From assembly GCA_013239625.1 (NCBI GenBank), contig MU053873.1:2618524-2682523 (forward strand): a stretch of 64,000 nt of DNA, in the 5' to 3' direction. This stretch comes from Lama guanicoe (Eukaryota). Under the pieces are notes generated by a model. That model made no database searches and had not been told where the DNA came from. It saw nothing but the letters and a program-made list of their open reading frames with translations. Made by a program: the position numbers and the translations under genes. Positions 38,290-52,162 of the stretch are shown here, piece by piece; positions within the stretch are counted from its first letter, which is position 1; each line of letters begins with the position of its first letter.

Positions 38290-39660
38290 TACCCCCTGGG
38301 AAGGAAATTTGCAGCATCCATTAAAATTGGCAATGCCCTCAGCATTGAACTCAGTGATGACGTGTCTAGATCCAGCCATACCTGGATCACTAATCACTGC
38401 CTCATTGCTCGAGGCTGAAAAAGAAAGGAAAAAATGTGCATGTATGCACGTGTGTGTGTACACCACGTAATATACAACCCATCTCAAGAAGGACAGTGCG
38501 ACACTGGGAACAGTGGCTGCTTCCAGACTGAGGACCTGAGAGGGATCTGGAGACAGAAGTGGGAGAAAGTGACTTTCCACTGATTACCCCTCTGCACCTT
38601 CTGAGTTTTATACTTATGTTAGTGTTACCTACTTAATGAATTTGAATGATAGTTTCTAAAGAATGAAACACATTCTGATTTACCCATACAGTGGAATGCT
38701 GTACTATATGCAGCTGTTAAAAAAAAAAAGGAAGGAAAGAATGTACTAAAATGGAAATATCTCCAAACTAGACATATATAGAATATCACTCATGTAAAAA
38801 AGAGGGGTAAAGAATATAAATATATGCTGAATATATATATATATGGAAGGATATAAAAAACTAGGAATCATAGTTATTTGTAGGGGAGGGGCTGGCATAG
38901 AAGTTGGAGGGAGATTTTTCACTGTCTTCCTTCAAATATATTTATATACTTTACACATAAATACATTTAATAAATTTTATTACATATGTGTGAACAGTGA
39001 ATATGTTACCTCTTCAATTAAATAGATAAACATGAATGCAGGACATCAGATAAACTGTTAAGTGAAAAAGAAGCAAGTTTATAGAACAGTGTATATAACT
39101 TCTTTGCCCCCCCAAAAAGTGTTTGTATATATATGTGTATATGTGTGTATATATGTGTGTGTATATGTATTGTGTGTAAATGTGTGTGCGTGTACACATA
39201 TTTGAAAGTACACACTCTTTCTGGAAAATTCCAGAAAAAAAACTGCTAACAATGGATTCTCCTGTCAAGGGGGCCAGGGGACGCCCAGGCCTTGTCCACC
39301 TGGGGAAACATTTGATTGTTTACCATGTGCATAAAACATTTTTTTAAAAGTTTTTATGGCTTCTATGAAAGGGTGATCACCACACCAAGATTTTTCAAGC
39401 AAAAATTTAGAAATGACTTTGGCATTTCTCCCTTGGGGTGGGTTTGTATACATTGCAGCCCATCCATACTCTGGAAGATTCTTCAGATATTAAAATACTT
39501 GAGAAACCAAATGTGCCCTTACTTAGACGGACCTAAAGAGATGTCCACCATGTACTATTAAATGAAGAACAGTTTCCGAATCAAAAATAGAGTGTAATTC
39601 AATTTTTGTGGGAAAAAAAAATCTGCGTAACTAAGTGTACACATGCCTATGTGTTACTTT
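38290..39660 (+). mobile_element. Very old L1 (L1ME-like) fragments with embedded TA/TG simple repeats
   Basis: tggaaggaaatttgcagcatccattaaaatt; cagtggaatgctgtactatatgcagctgttaaaa; ctgttaagtgaaaaagaagcaagtt. Confidence 0.65.
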
Positions 39661-40734
39661 TTGCAAACACACATGGAGGATTCAAATCCTGACTCTCACT
39701 TATGAGCTATGTGATTTTAGACAAGTGACTTAAAATCACTGGGCCTCAGTTTCCTCGTTTGTAAAATGGGTGCAACTATCCCACCAGCCTTGAATTAACC
39801 CATTTGATTCTTCTAGCGGTGGAGGGCATAATGCCCACCCCACGGTCAGCACTGTGTAATTAAGAGCTGTTATTCTCACACACAAGTTTTAAGTGCATCC
39901 TAGGGATGAGGGACCGGTGGTGTTGACACCACATTCTGCGCTGGTTACCCTAGAATATGGGACTTGAGTAGGGCAGGAAGAACCATTACTTTCTATTGCT
40001 TGAAACCTTTTTTAATAACAAGCATGCATTCTGTTATAATTAAGAGACAAGAAACAATAAAAGTAAATTAGTTGGGGGGTGAGGATGGGGGAAACTCCAT
40101 CTGAACCACAGTAGGGGAGAAAGGAGCTGCATGTACGTGACCATGCCTCAGACCTCACACCTATAAAGAAGACAGGACCCAAAGCAGCTGCCGCACATCC
40201 CGCTGCTAAATCTGTCCACCTTCCTCCCGCTTGCGAGTCACAGTGACCAGACTCAGGAATTACATCTGGGATGTTCAAATTTGTGGCACTCAGAGCACCA
40301 GGACTTTCGGCCAGTGCCACTGTTTATCGAGCATTGTTTATGACCCCAGAGGAGGGTCAGGGAAGAGAGGGGACATGAGGACTGCAGCCCTGGACTCTGG
40401 GGACTGACCCAGAATTGGGTTCAGCCACCAGGGTCTAAACCACTGATCTCTGTGGAAGGATGCTGGGGGGGGGCAGTATTTCTCCAAGTGCATTTGCAAA
40501 GGGCTTCGGTACAGAAGGCTTTGAAACCATCTGCCGTGAAATCCTCTCTGCAGCCCCCAGTGAAGAGCCCCAGTTGATAGACCAAGAAATGGATTCTGAG
40601 AAGAAAAAGACTTGACTAAGGTCACAGCTGGAGATCAGAGGAGGCTGCATTCAAATTCCGGTCCGTCCACCCCAAAGCCGTGCCATTGACACGACACTGC
40701 AGCAGGGATGGGATCCACCAGACCACAGAGAACC

Positions 40735-41350
40735 CATTCATTCATTTCAGCACCTATGGGACCAGTTATTTTGCACCTGCAATGAGCCAGGGCCTGACTC
40801 AAAGAGTGCAAAAAATTCGTTCTCCACTTGACATTGACTGACTTAACACCCACTCTGTTCCGGGAGCTGGGTGAGGCACTGGAGCTACAGTGGAGAGGAC
40901 AGACAGGCACGGCCCTGCTCTCAGGGACCTCTACAGGGGAGACAGTTGCTTATCCAATAACAAAAGCAATGACATAACCTACAAAGAAGAGAACCACAGA
41001 ACTGATAATGAGAATTTGACCTAATCCCTGGAGAAGTGAAGCTTGTGCTGAAATCTGAAGAATGAGTGGGTGTGATGAAGGAGAGGAGGGAAAGAAAGGG
41101 AGTCCAGTCAAAGAGGATGGCATGAGCCAAGGCCCTGTGGTCAGAAGGATAAAGGACCCAAATGTGATCCTTATGGCTGGAACAGAGAGAGTGAGGGGGA
41201 GTGCCACATGAGGTCACACAGAAAGGGAGACAATGCAAACTCATTCAGGGAGCTGGGACCAGAGTAAGGATTTGGTCCTCACCTTGAAGCAATGGGAAGT
41301 CTTTGAAGAGCTCTGAGCAGGAACTGACATGATCAGTTTGTATCCTCAAG
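40735..41350 (-). mobile_element. L2 fragments
   Basis: cattcattcatt start; gccaaggccctgtgg; aagcaatgggaagtctttgaag...gacatgatcagtttg. Confidence 0.75.
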
Positions 41351-42147
41351 GTGGTGACAATCAAATGAATGTGAGGGGCGTGTAACAGCCAATCAAAACC
41401 AAAGAGCGACACCGATGGCAGTGTAATCCAGGTAGCTGGGCAGTTGCCTGATGCAATCTGAGCAGTCAGGAGGCTTCCAAGAGGAGGTGATGTCCTGAAT
41501 GGGACATCTTTTAAATCTATCATGGACTCCCAGTTCTGAAAGGTTCAAACCAACTCCTTCCAACAAGGATACAGGCCCATTTCAGAGACGAGGCCCAAGG
41601 ACTCCAGGTGACTCTAGTGAAGACACACAGTCTCGTGGTGGCAGACCAGGCACCCTAGGGGGCTGGCAGGCTCTCCTGGTGGGATGTCCCTCTGATGTCA
41701 CAGAGACCTGATGATGTTGCGGAATTCCGGCTGACCCTACGGTCTGAGTCTCTAACCCATTAGGTGGGAGATGAGACACTCCTCCCAAGAGAATCTCCTT
41801 CTCTTGGCTGGAGAGCTCCCTGAAAGCTGGCTGAGCAGCCCCCAAGGAGGCATTTAGGTAAGAGGACCCCCAAGGAGCCTTCAGACTGAATTTCAAGGAG
41901 GGCTGAAGCTGAAGGAAGAAGGGATTATTGGCTCTGCTCTCTGGAGGGAGATTGATGGAGACAAGTCAGCGAGTGGGCAGCTCAAGGGAAGGAACATTTC
42001 TAGCCCCTTTCCTGCTAAACAGAGAACACCCATGATGCCTGCAGATCCAGGCAGAGCCCTGCTGGGAGCAGAGATAATAGCTCAACAAAAATAAATCGAT
42101 ATGAAGAACTCTTACAACTCAACAACTAAAAGAAAAACAGTCCACAA

Positions 42148-42393
42148 ATTCAGTCCTACAACCACAAGGAACTGAATTCTGCAGACACCCTGAATGAGCT
42201 TGAAAGAGAACCCTGAGCCTCAGAAATCAAAGCCCCACTGACACATTGATTTCCACTTTGGGAGATCCTGAGCAGAAAAATCTAACTGCATCATGCCTGG
42301 ATTAGTGACCTACAGAACTGTAAGCTAACATGGATGCTGTTTAAAGCCACCAAGTTTGGGGCTATTTGTTATGCAGCAATATAAAGCGAATCA
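42148..42393 (+). mobile_element. MLT1D/E-like LTR 3' half (preceded by a short L1 fragment at ~42080-42140)
   Basis: cagtcctacaaccacaaggaactgaattctgc...gacctacagaactgtaag...ttgttatgcagcaata. Confidence 0.85.
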
Positions 42394-42829
42394 CGCCCCT
42401 CACCTCTGTAAGTAGTACATTTACTAAACTAGGCTAATTTGAATCTGCCGTCTGTTTCCTATGGGACCCTGTAGGGTGCATTATTCAACTTCTCTCTGCC
42501 TCGGTTTCCTCCGCTGGAATAGGAGATAATGGTAACAAAGCTATTGCGAGGATGCAATAAGATGGTGCACGTATGATCAGGTGTGGCCGCTGTCTTGCTC
42601 TCTGTCCATCCCCTGCTCGACCCCTGCTCCACCTACACCCTACTCAGGTGGACGTGCCTGCCTCCTGCCACTGCCATTGATGCTTCTAATCCCTAGGCCA
42701 GAACGTCCCCACCTGCTAGTTTATCACAGGGAAGCATCTACCCTCGGGAAGCTCGTTAACCTGAGGGGCTGTGAGGGACGTGCCCAGCCCTGGTTCCCCC
42801 GGTAACAGATAAGCCCACCTGACGTCTTC

Positions 42830-43700
42830 CCCCCTCTGAGGCCGCCTCCTCCCCGAGTGGGGCAGAGTCCTGTCGAGTCCTGTGCTGGCGGCCATACACG
42901 GTGGGGAGTCGCTCCAGGACCCCTTGTTTGGGGCGTGTAAGGCCCCCTGTCCGATAACCTCTGATGTCCCTGTCACTGTCTCCGGGCTCAAGGCTCGCGG
43001 CCCTGCCGGGCGCGGCCCAGCCGGCGGCCAGCCAGTCAGGAGGCGAGGAAACTCCCGCGAGAGCCGAGACTTCGGGGGAGGCAGGGCGGGAACCGGAAGT
43101 TGGGGTGTGGGGTCCCCAGGCGGTGTCCACCAGTGCGTGGGGGCTTGTGGCAGCGGAGCGCCACCAGAGGCGTCGTTTTCTTCCATGATGTCGAGGGCGT
43201 CCTGTTAACTCAGCGTGTGCTTCCAGGTTAAAGGCAGCAGCCCGGGCTCGTGGCCCTGCTGACGCCCGGGCCTGGCTGGTGGCCGCGGGCCGAGCGCAGG
43301 GGCCGGGCGTGTCTGTTCCGTGCTTGGCGGCTGCCTGGTCAGTGAGACAAGCCTGCCCCCCGCCCACCACCCCTAAACAACTGCAGACACGGGCTTTAGG
43401 GCTGTTACCTCGGGGACAAGCTTGTGACTTGGACGTGGCCTGTTAACCCGGAGGGGTTTGGTTGGGGCCTGCGGTGACGGCGGGATAACCAGAGTGCCCT
43501 TGGGCTCCGGGTCCCAGCGATGCGAGGGGCGGAGCAACGACACAGTGATGGGACCGCAGCTACACGCCGCCTACAACGCGGTGCAACAGGTGGGAGACCC
43601 ACAAAGGGCCAACAAGTCATCCGCCATAAACCACTATCGGGTCTAGAACAGCTGTGCGTGACCTGCGGGACCCCCGTGGGCATCCATAGTGACCAGTGGC
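42830..43700. promoter_or_regulatory. Orphan CpG island with GC box and ETS site (CCGGAAGT at 43093)
   Basis: High CpG density 42980-43330 tailing to ~43700; gggcgggaaccggaagtt. Confidence 0.75.
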
Positions 43701-43790
43701 CATGAAGTCCAGGAATGGGCCGACAGAAATGCCGTCCACTGGCTTTTCCTTACAACCCCACTGCTGCCGGGCTAGGAAGGGACTTAAACG
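43600..43790 (+). pseudogene. ERVL-class pol integrase remnant (frameshifted)
   Basis: Joined frames give ANKSSAI/GLEQLCVTCGTPVGIHSDQ/GHEVQEWADRNAVHW/PYNPTAAGL, resembling the class III ERV integrase core (GxPxxIxSDQG...VQEWA...HW...PYNPxAAGL). Confidence 0.7.
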
Positions 43791-45509
43791 CAACTGTCGT
43801 GGGAACCGGCTCTCAGCACGTGGGCTGGGAGGCTAACTCAAGACCCCGGCACCGTAACTGGCCATCCCAGGAGCAGTGGTCCCAGTGCCCCCGCCGCATT
43901 AGCCCAGAGGCAACCAGTCAACACCATCCGAGCTCAACTGTTGACCATCAAAGGATTGTTGACTTGCTTTTGCCCTTGACACGGGATCTACCCCCAGGGG
44001 AACACGTTATAAAATGGCCCTGAGACCGGCAGGTAAGTCCCCTGCTGTTTGGGTTTGCTGCCTTGTGGGGAATAAAATCAGAAATGGATTTACAGATCTC
44101 ACTTGTCTTCCACCTACCTAGGACTGCTGCGGTAGTTAACCCGGGCCCCTGCTGGAGAAAGGCACCACTGTAGTACCCTGTGGTCCGTCGTTACACCGCC
44201 TCTCCAGTATTGGGCACCGGCCGTGCGGACTGGGGCGGGCTGGCGGTGGGTTCTGCAGGCCAGGACAGAGCCACAGGCGGGGGTGATGGGAGCTCCGAGC
44301 GCTGCTTCTGCTTGTCTCGTGCTTAATGGCCATGATCTTCTCAGCCTTGTGCCTGTGTGTGTGTGTGTCAAACATCTTACATTTCATCCTGAGTCTGAGT
44401 GGAGGGAATCTGTTTGCAGTTGAGGTAACAAATGTAGCCTCCCTGTGAGATGGATCTGACTGCTGAGTCTGCTGCGAGAGGCCGTGGTCGTCCTCTGAAC
44501 TTCCTTGAAAAGTTGACCCGTTAAGCGCCTGGCTTCCTCTTGGCTCTTTAGCGGCTGGTGTCTGTATTGCATCTGTGGTATTTGGTTGCAGGGCTGAGTG
44601 GACTGGACTCTGACCAGACCCCCTTTCCTCAACACCCAGCAGAATCTTCCGGGTCTCCAGTCTCCTGCCCTGTTGTCACACCCGCCAAAAGTCAAAGCTC
44701 CAAATGTGGGTGGTCCAGTCTCTTCCAGATGCCCAAGTGCCTTTGAGATGAATATACCACCCTTCATGGTCTAATTATTTTGACTGAAGATTAGTGGGAT
44801 CTTACTGCTCCTGGGGGGTACAGATCCATTGTGAATGGTTTATGCATGCTGAATTTAACCCAGTTTCCAACACAAGAGCTCCCTCCACAGAGAAGCCCGT
44901 TTCAGTTGCCTCGGCACCGCTCTCTTCAGTGCCCTGGGGCTAAGGCAGGGGTCCAGCAAGGGGAAACTTCTTAGCCAGTTCTCTCAGGAGGGGGCTTATA
45001 CCTGGGAACCGGTTAAGAGGCTAAGATGGGGACCACAGGAATTTCCCAATCTTCCTGGACTCCTGAATATCTCTGTTGCTACCTGCAGGTCTGGATACCT
45101 GGTCCTAGCTGTGCTTATTTCCCTGTTGCCATCCATTCCCCACTAGGAAATCTGCTGTGGGACTCCCAGCACAATCTAGATGTGCATATTAAAGGCAGTT
45201 GGATACACACACATCCCTAGCCCAGTGCTGGGAGACAGAAACCACTGAGAGCCTCAGCAGGTCACGCACCTCGGTCCTCTGGGATTTCCCCTTGGCAGAG
45301 CCTCTTGGGGAAGATCTGGTTTTGCACTTTTCCTAACATGCAGGTGCAGATGCTGGAATGGCACTCAGGGAAGCCACCAATGAGATGGCCGGAGGCTGGA
45401 GGTGGGGCTGTCTGAGGGGTTCCTGAACTGGGCAGAGGGTCATGTCTCTTGTTCAGAGATGACTTTAGGAGACATTCATTTAGTCAGGCTCTGTTTGGGG
45501 GGATATTGT

Positions 45510-46178
45510 TGTTACCAGCTGGAGCCGAACTTAGATTCAGTTGCTCATTGCACAAAAGTCAATATTTGAGAGACAAGGGTTGGTGGGAAAAGATGCTTTA
45601 TTTGGGAAGCCAGTAACCTGGGGAGATGGTGGACTAGCATCCCCAAAACTACCTCCCTGTTGCCAGTTAGGGGGCAAGAACTTTTAAAGGAAAGCTTCAA
45701 GGGTGTGCAAGCGGGGGTTGCTACATACAGAACAGTACAGTCAGCTCTGACAGTCATCTTGAAACTGATCATGCAGTGGTCTGGTCGGCACCATCTTGAT
45801 TGTTTTAACCACAGTCTACTCTTGAACTCCAGGCTTGGTTTGTTCCCATTTCCTGGAAGCCAGTTCTTGGAATTTTGCTTGACGGAGAAGCTTATGTCGT
45901 GGGTGCAGTCTGGTCATCACGCAGTTAGCTTTTCCCCTCTGGTGGCAGTTACAGTAACGGCAAAACCACTCAGGAATGTTCATCAGACACTGTTGGTCCT
46001 GCAGGGAGGAACTAAAGGGTCTGTGACTCTGTTGTCCTAATCATTAACAGCTTAAGCCTGCTCTTTTGTGACTCAGCGGCAGCCTGGGAGACTACAGCTT
46101 TTCTACAAACAAAGAGAGGTGGGGACATGATAGGGCCTTTGTACTTGGGAGGGCCCTGCAAGGTCCTGCTCGGTTTCA
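45510..46178 (-). mobile_element. Cetartiodactyl-type ERV solo LTR (669 bp)
   Basis: Minus strand starts TGAAACCGAGCAGGACC and ends GGTAACA; 4-bp TSD TTGT (45506-45509; 46179-46182); minus-strand AATAAA at 45597-45602. Confidence 0.9.
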
Positions 46179-49100
46179 TTGTAAGACAGATACTATCCTT
46201 GCTCTTAAGTAGTGAACAGCCCAGTGGATTCAGTAAGAAGAAACAATCATAGCGATGACTGGGTTCTAGGAGATGATCTTTAAAGGCAGGATTTCTTGCC
46301 ATGTCTGAACTCCTGGCCCTGTCTCTCCTCTGAGGATTTCAAGAGGTTGACCTCAACCCTGCTGGCTAATTTTCTCCTGGGGCCCCCACTGGCTTCCTGG
46401 CTTCCAACAGCCTTATGCTGGTATTTACAGCAAAGCAGCGCCCCTCTTTAAGAGTCTGCATAGGGTGCTGGACAGTCACAGAAATAGTCAAAATAAAATC
46501 ACATCCCCAGTTCTTCTCTGGACAAGTTCATTCCCAGGCCTCAGGTTCCTCCTCATCTGCAAACAAATATAAATAGAATAACAGCCACTTCCCAGGATGG
46601 GAGAGATTAAATAAACGACATTGCAGAGCACCTCGTGCAGAGCAGATCTTCCATAAATGTGAGTTATTCCTTCCTCCTTACCCCCTTCTTGCCCCAAAGG
46701 GCTTTTCATTAGTGAGTCAGGAGGAGGGGAATGGTTCTGCCAGCAGCCTGCAGGGTGATGCTGGACATCTCTTGGGTTCTGAATTTGGGGGATACTTTCC
46801 TTGGAAAGAAACAGACATTCAAATAAACTCAAGTGAGGCAGGTAGGGAGAAAGAATTATTATAAAGGTGGTAGGGGTGGCTCATAGAACCTGAGCTGGAA
46901 TGCAGCCAGTTCTCAGGAAAGGGCTGGAAATAGGGATTAGGATATGCTAGGAAATCAAAGACATCCCCTCTCTCTGCCTTGCTCCTTTCTCCCCTCTTGG
47001 CCTTGCTTCCGTTTGTAACCACTTCCCATCCCACAGGCCGGATAATGGCCGTCACCACTCCCCTGAATACCCACACTGAGCTAAGGGACTGCTTCCCTTA
47101 AACCTACTTCCAAATTCCCCAAAGCTTTCATTGGTTCAGCTTGGGTTGGGCCCTCCCCCTGATCCATTCAACGGCGTCCGGGGTGGGGCCATGGTGCACA
47201 AGCATGGCGATTCCTGCTTAACAATGTAGGTGTAGAGTCAAGGATCGTCTCCAGAGAACTGGATGTGCCAAATGGTAATTGACTTGCTGAGATGAACGAG
47301 ACACAATACCTGGCCTCAAAGAGCTCAGTTTCAAGAGGGAGACAGACCCAGAGACAAGTTCCACTCCTACTTAGGGAAGGACATCACAACAATAGGATTC
47401 GGAGGTCCACATCAGCAGCACGGGGTGGGAGAAGTCCCCAGGAGCTGCACCGACCGCCACCCCGAAGCCATCCTTGGACGTGATGAGCTAATTAATCACA
47501 ATTATTATCTATGGCAGTGCCAATCCACCTGCTCATGTCACAAGACATTAGTTATTGCCAAGAATGATGAATCCCAGGATGTAGAACATGCTAAAAATAT
47601 TAATCTACAAGTGAAAATGATTTTAATTGGATTTCGCCCTTGGGGTCGTGTCAGGGTCCCGCTTTCCATCAGACTTGTCCAGTCAGCACAGCGGACCCCA
47701 GCCTTTCAAATTGAAACCGTGATTGGCTGGCAGAGGTTAATAGAAATGTTGGGAAATAAATAGGTTATTGATTGATCATAACAATCAGCTGACTCCAAGC
47801 TTACCTTGCTGACCTCGCCCACCCAATTTTACAGCCAACTCAGTTAGCATTTAATTATAGATCACTTTTACAATACTGTGTATTAATGAGCAGATGATAC
47901 GGCGGGGGGTAGGGGAATTCTTACTGAAGAAGTTTCCCGGTGGCAGAGAAATGTGATGAGACCTTCTGTCTTACTTGGGGACTCAGAGTGAGAGAAGGGA
48001 GGGTCCTAAGAGGAAGAGTTACTCTCCCCACATCCCTGCTAAAACCTCATCCCTTCACTCCCACATTTAGTGGGCCTGAGTTTTGTGCAGGGGACCTCGA
48101 AACACAGCACCATATTTGAAATAGCCCCTCCACTCAGGACCTCACTCTGGGATGCAGAGCTTCTCAAAAATCTGCGAGCACAAGAAATAGGTGGCAGACG
48201 GCTTATTTAAAAAGGTTGATTCTGAAACACACCTCCGAGATTCTGATTCAGAGGGGTCTGCCTTTTGAACCATCCCACCCAGCCTCAGAAATTCAGAGGC
48301 AGAGGGGAACCTCATTTAGAGACACAATGGCCTGATTGGGGAGGGGGAGAAATTCACACGAGGAAACAAACAAACGCCAGAGCTCTGGGTGCCTGGCTGG
48401 CAACTGGTCCAGGGTCCACTGGGACCCAAGGAAAGCAAGGTTGGCTGAACCTGGGAGCCATCGCCGAGCAGAGGACGCTTGCTTGAGTAGGAATCTCCCA
48501 GGTAAGCCTGAAGAACAGTTTGCCCCCCTAAAGGGTCGCTTCACACAGGCATCAGTGGTGTGGCTGGCACTCCCTATCAGGGGGACAGTCAGCATCTGTC
48601 TTTGCCCTTCAAGGGGGTGGCAACCTGGTTGGAGAAACAAGCGTATAATCTAGAATTGCCTCCTCTATTCTAAGTGGCTCCCTGCTCGCCCCCCCTCCTC
48701 ATGCTCCCACCCCAGCCTCTTGTGCCCCAGTCTTGCCTCTTTCCCTTCCACACATCAGCTCATTCCTATCTCACTGTTTTCCCCGCCTGACCCCTCTTCC
48801 TCCTGTTGTTACGTGGCTGACTCCTCCCTAGCAGCTCAGTGCCACCTCCTGCCACCATATGACCTGGTGCACCCCTAGGCCACACTGCCCCATCTCCTTT
48901 ACTTCTTCCATAGCAACGAATGGTGGGAAGTACCAAACACATTTGTTTCCATGTCTGTGTCCCCCACTGCCTTGGGAAGGGGAGGGGAGGGACTATGTCC
49001 AGATAGGACATGGTGGCCAGAGGGGCCTCATCCTGGGCTCTGAGGAACAAAGAGGACCGGAGAAGACAAAGGAAGGTCGCGAGCTGAGTCCCAGCCCTCC

Positions 49101-49439
49101 AGGCAGGTGAAATTGCAAGCGAGGGTTTACCTGTTCTGCACGTCGTGTACATAATCAAGATCTGTTACACCTGAGAAAACGAGAGGCTGGAGAGGAAGTA
49201 GCCACGGCTACCCAAGACAGAGGTGCTGGAGGCTTGGACCAGGGGGATGACAGAGGGATGGAGCAAAATGGACAGAATCAAGAGATATTGATGATTTCTC
49301 CCCGATTTCACCTTTGAGCAACCAGACATGAGATGGGGGTGCTCTCCACTGAGATGGGGGATGCTGGCAGAGAACCAGGATGAGGGGGGAAACATCCTGA
49401 GTTCAAGTGAGAGAGAAGCAAAGATGTACCTTAAAAGAA

Positions 49440-49830
49440 ACCATATCTGTGGTCTGTTTCTGCGTGAGGAACCACCCCAAGACCTCATAGCTGAAAACAA
49501 TCAGTTCTTTTGCTCCTGAACCTGGAATCTGGGAAAGGCTCGGAAGGGACAGTTGGCTCAGCTTCACGCAACAGCAGCTGGGGGCTGAGCCAGGGCTGTG
49601 GATGGGAACAGGTCCTCGACATACCTCTTCACAGCCACTTGGGCTTCCTCACAGCATGGTGGCTGGGTTCCGAGTGAACATGACTCAGCCTTGGAAGTCG
49701 TATGCCACCATTTCCTCTGTACGCACAAACCTACTGAGATTCAAGGGGATGGGAGGAGGACCAGAGTCCCATTATGAGCAGAGCCTGTGGGATGGGAGAG
49801 ATGCTTGCAGCCATTTTTGGAAAGTGCAAC
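49440..49830 (-). mobile_element. MLT1-like LTR remnant
   Basis: gggcttcctcacagcatggtggctgggttcc...agcctgtgggatgggaga..gcagccatttttggaaa. Confidence 0.75.
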
Positions 49831-51284
49831 CAACCACAGTGACAAGAATAATGAACGGTTACTGCACATTGACTGCACCAGAAACTTCATGTGCCCCAGG
49901 GTCCCCCCCGCCTCACGATAATCCCAAGAAGGAGGTTCCATTGTTAAACCCCATTTTACACAAGGGACACAGAGGCCTGGACAGGTGAAGTGACTTGCCC
50001 AGGTGACACAGTGTCTGAGTCCAGATTTGAAACTGCCTCTCTCCCAGCCCCGAGTGGTTCAGGGCGGAGCTCCGGCTGATGTTTTCTGTAGCCCTCAGTG
50101 CCCAGCACGGGACCGGCCCCAGACCCCAGGGTGCTGGCACTGGGCAGGAGGCTGAAATCAAAGACTGTGAGGCCAGAAGGCCTCCGTCACTCCCAGCCTG
50201 AGAACCTGGGAAAGCTTCCAGGCGGTTGAGGCCTGACCCCGATGCCAAAAGGTGATGTCTGGTATGCGCTCCCTGGTGGCCCAGCGGTCCTGGGATCATC
50301 CCTGGGAAAGTGCCCCAACGGCCTGGGCTTCCATGGTGCTCCGGTCTGGGGCCCCCACCCCCCATGCTGGAGGTTCCAGAACATTCCATACATTCCAGGG
50401 CTTCTCCATGGGAGGAGGCCTCCTTCCCATAGGAGAGGATCCTTGTGCAAGGATTGGGAAACTCATTGTGTTTCAGGCCAGATAGCACCAGCTCCCCCCA
50501 GGGGCCTCTGTCCTCCTGGCTGTGTGGCTTTGGCCCTGTTGTGGTCACTTTGCCTAGAATAATCTGTTTATCTGCCATGGAACCTGGCGGACATGCCCAT
50601 GGAGAGTCAGCCACCAGGACTGCCACTCCTGGGGTGCCCGCATTCAGGTGGGCTCAGGAGCTGGGAGACTGGGCGGCCCAAGATGCAGGGGGGCTGCCTG
50701 TCAGTTTACTCAGTGACTTGACCTAGTTGCTCCCCTGCGGACCCTTAAGTGGGTCTACCTTCCACGTGGATTCTGTTGGCAAGTCGTAACCTGCCCGGGG
50801 CCTGGAGAAACCACAGGTGTGTGAAAGAGGGCCTGGGGACCCATCACATGCTGATACATTGCATCTCCCTCTCATTGAAGCCTTCCAGCCTCTTCGAGGC
50901 ACACAGTGTTATCCCCGTTTTACAGATGAAGAAACTGAGGCTGAAAAGGGAAAGATCACCAGCTCTCAGTCACACAGCCAGCAAGGGGTGGAGCTGGGGC
51001 TGCTCTGTGCCAAGCATGGTGCAGAATGCCCAGGCCACAGCCATGGTGCAGGCAGGCATCATCCCTGCCCTGATGGAACTGAGACCAGAGGCAGCAGCAC
51101 ATGAGCAAAATAAGTATGAAATCACAAGCTGCTCAGTCCTCCAAGGACACAGGGTACACCTCGCAGGGAGAAGGAGTAATAGGAGAGAGAAGCCGGTGTG
51201 GAGAGAGTGACTGGGCTCAGTCTAACAGAGAAGACGGGCTCAACACTTGGGGATGATGTGCCCCCGTCGGCATGGTAACAGTCT

Positions 51285-51470
51285 TGAACCCAGGATTCCC
51301 CATCCTCCAACTGTGTGTCTTTGGGCAAGTCTCTGAGCCTCTCTTAGCCTCAGTGTCTCCCTCCTGTAAGACACGAGAATAGGGACGCCCATCTCTCAAA
51401 TGTTGTGAGCGCTTTATGAACCAACATGTAGGATTCACTTAGCACAGAGCCTGGCACACAGTAAGCACAC
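51285..51470 (+). mobile_element. MIR SINE
   Basis: ctgtgtgtctttgggcaagtctctgagcctctc..gcctcagtgtctcc...cttagcacagagcctggcacacagtaagc. Confidence 0.85.
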
Positions 51471-52162
51471 GGAAAATGGCAATAGCGTGGGCTAGCGCAA
51501 GGGGTTTGGAGGCAGAATGAGGAGAAATGGTCACCCCTGCAGGCAGAGCCCCCAGAACCATCTTGGTCCTTGGAAAACTCCAGAGGGAGGGTTAGGGAGA
51601 CCCTGAGTTGCCAGAAACACCGGCATCATCAAAATGAAGTGAACCCTGCCAAGAGAACAATGATGAAATGAAAGCCAAATTCAAAGTTTGCCCATTTTGC
51701 AGGGAAGACCAAGGCTTCAAGAGAAGTCACTCGGCTTCTGTTAAGAACAGAAGCCCTCAGCAGAAATGAACAAAGACTTTCCCAAGCTTCTGTCCAAAAC
51801 TGCGTTCTCCCCAGCCTCTTTTCTTTCTCTACCATCCCAGGCCCACCCAGTGCCCTAAAACTCTGGAATCCAAAGGGTATCCCCAGAGAGCCGCCTCAAA
51901 TGCCCCGAAGGGTAACCAGGTTTCTAAGACCAGAAAATGAGGCGGTCTTGGTGCAACCCCGCCATCTGCTGGCCATGCCTGAGAACTGCAGCTCTGGCTT
52001 GGCCACTCTTGAGTGCTTGCAATGGGCTCAGACCCTGCGTTCCAGGAACATACAATACACAAACCAGAGACAGACAATAAACAAGGACTCGGACAAGTAA
52101 GCAAGGTAGTTTCAGACAGGCACAAGTTTTAAGCACGATAGAAGCAGATTTTTGTGATTGAG

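Noticed and set aside
43158..43175. CTCF-like GCGCCACCAGAGGCG
   Set aside because: Needs a one-base gap in the core to fit the consensus
43610..43648. Minus-strand peptide RPDSGLWRMT resembling the RT motif KPDGSWRMT
   Set aside because: The opposite strand gives a longer, more coherent integrase match over the same bases; likely coincidence
49913..50626. 237-aa minus-strand ORF
   Set aside because: Ends in MIR-derived sequence (LGKSLHLSRPLCPLCKMG); no recognisable domain; chance GC-rich ORF
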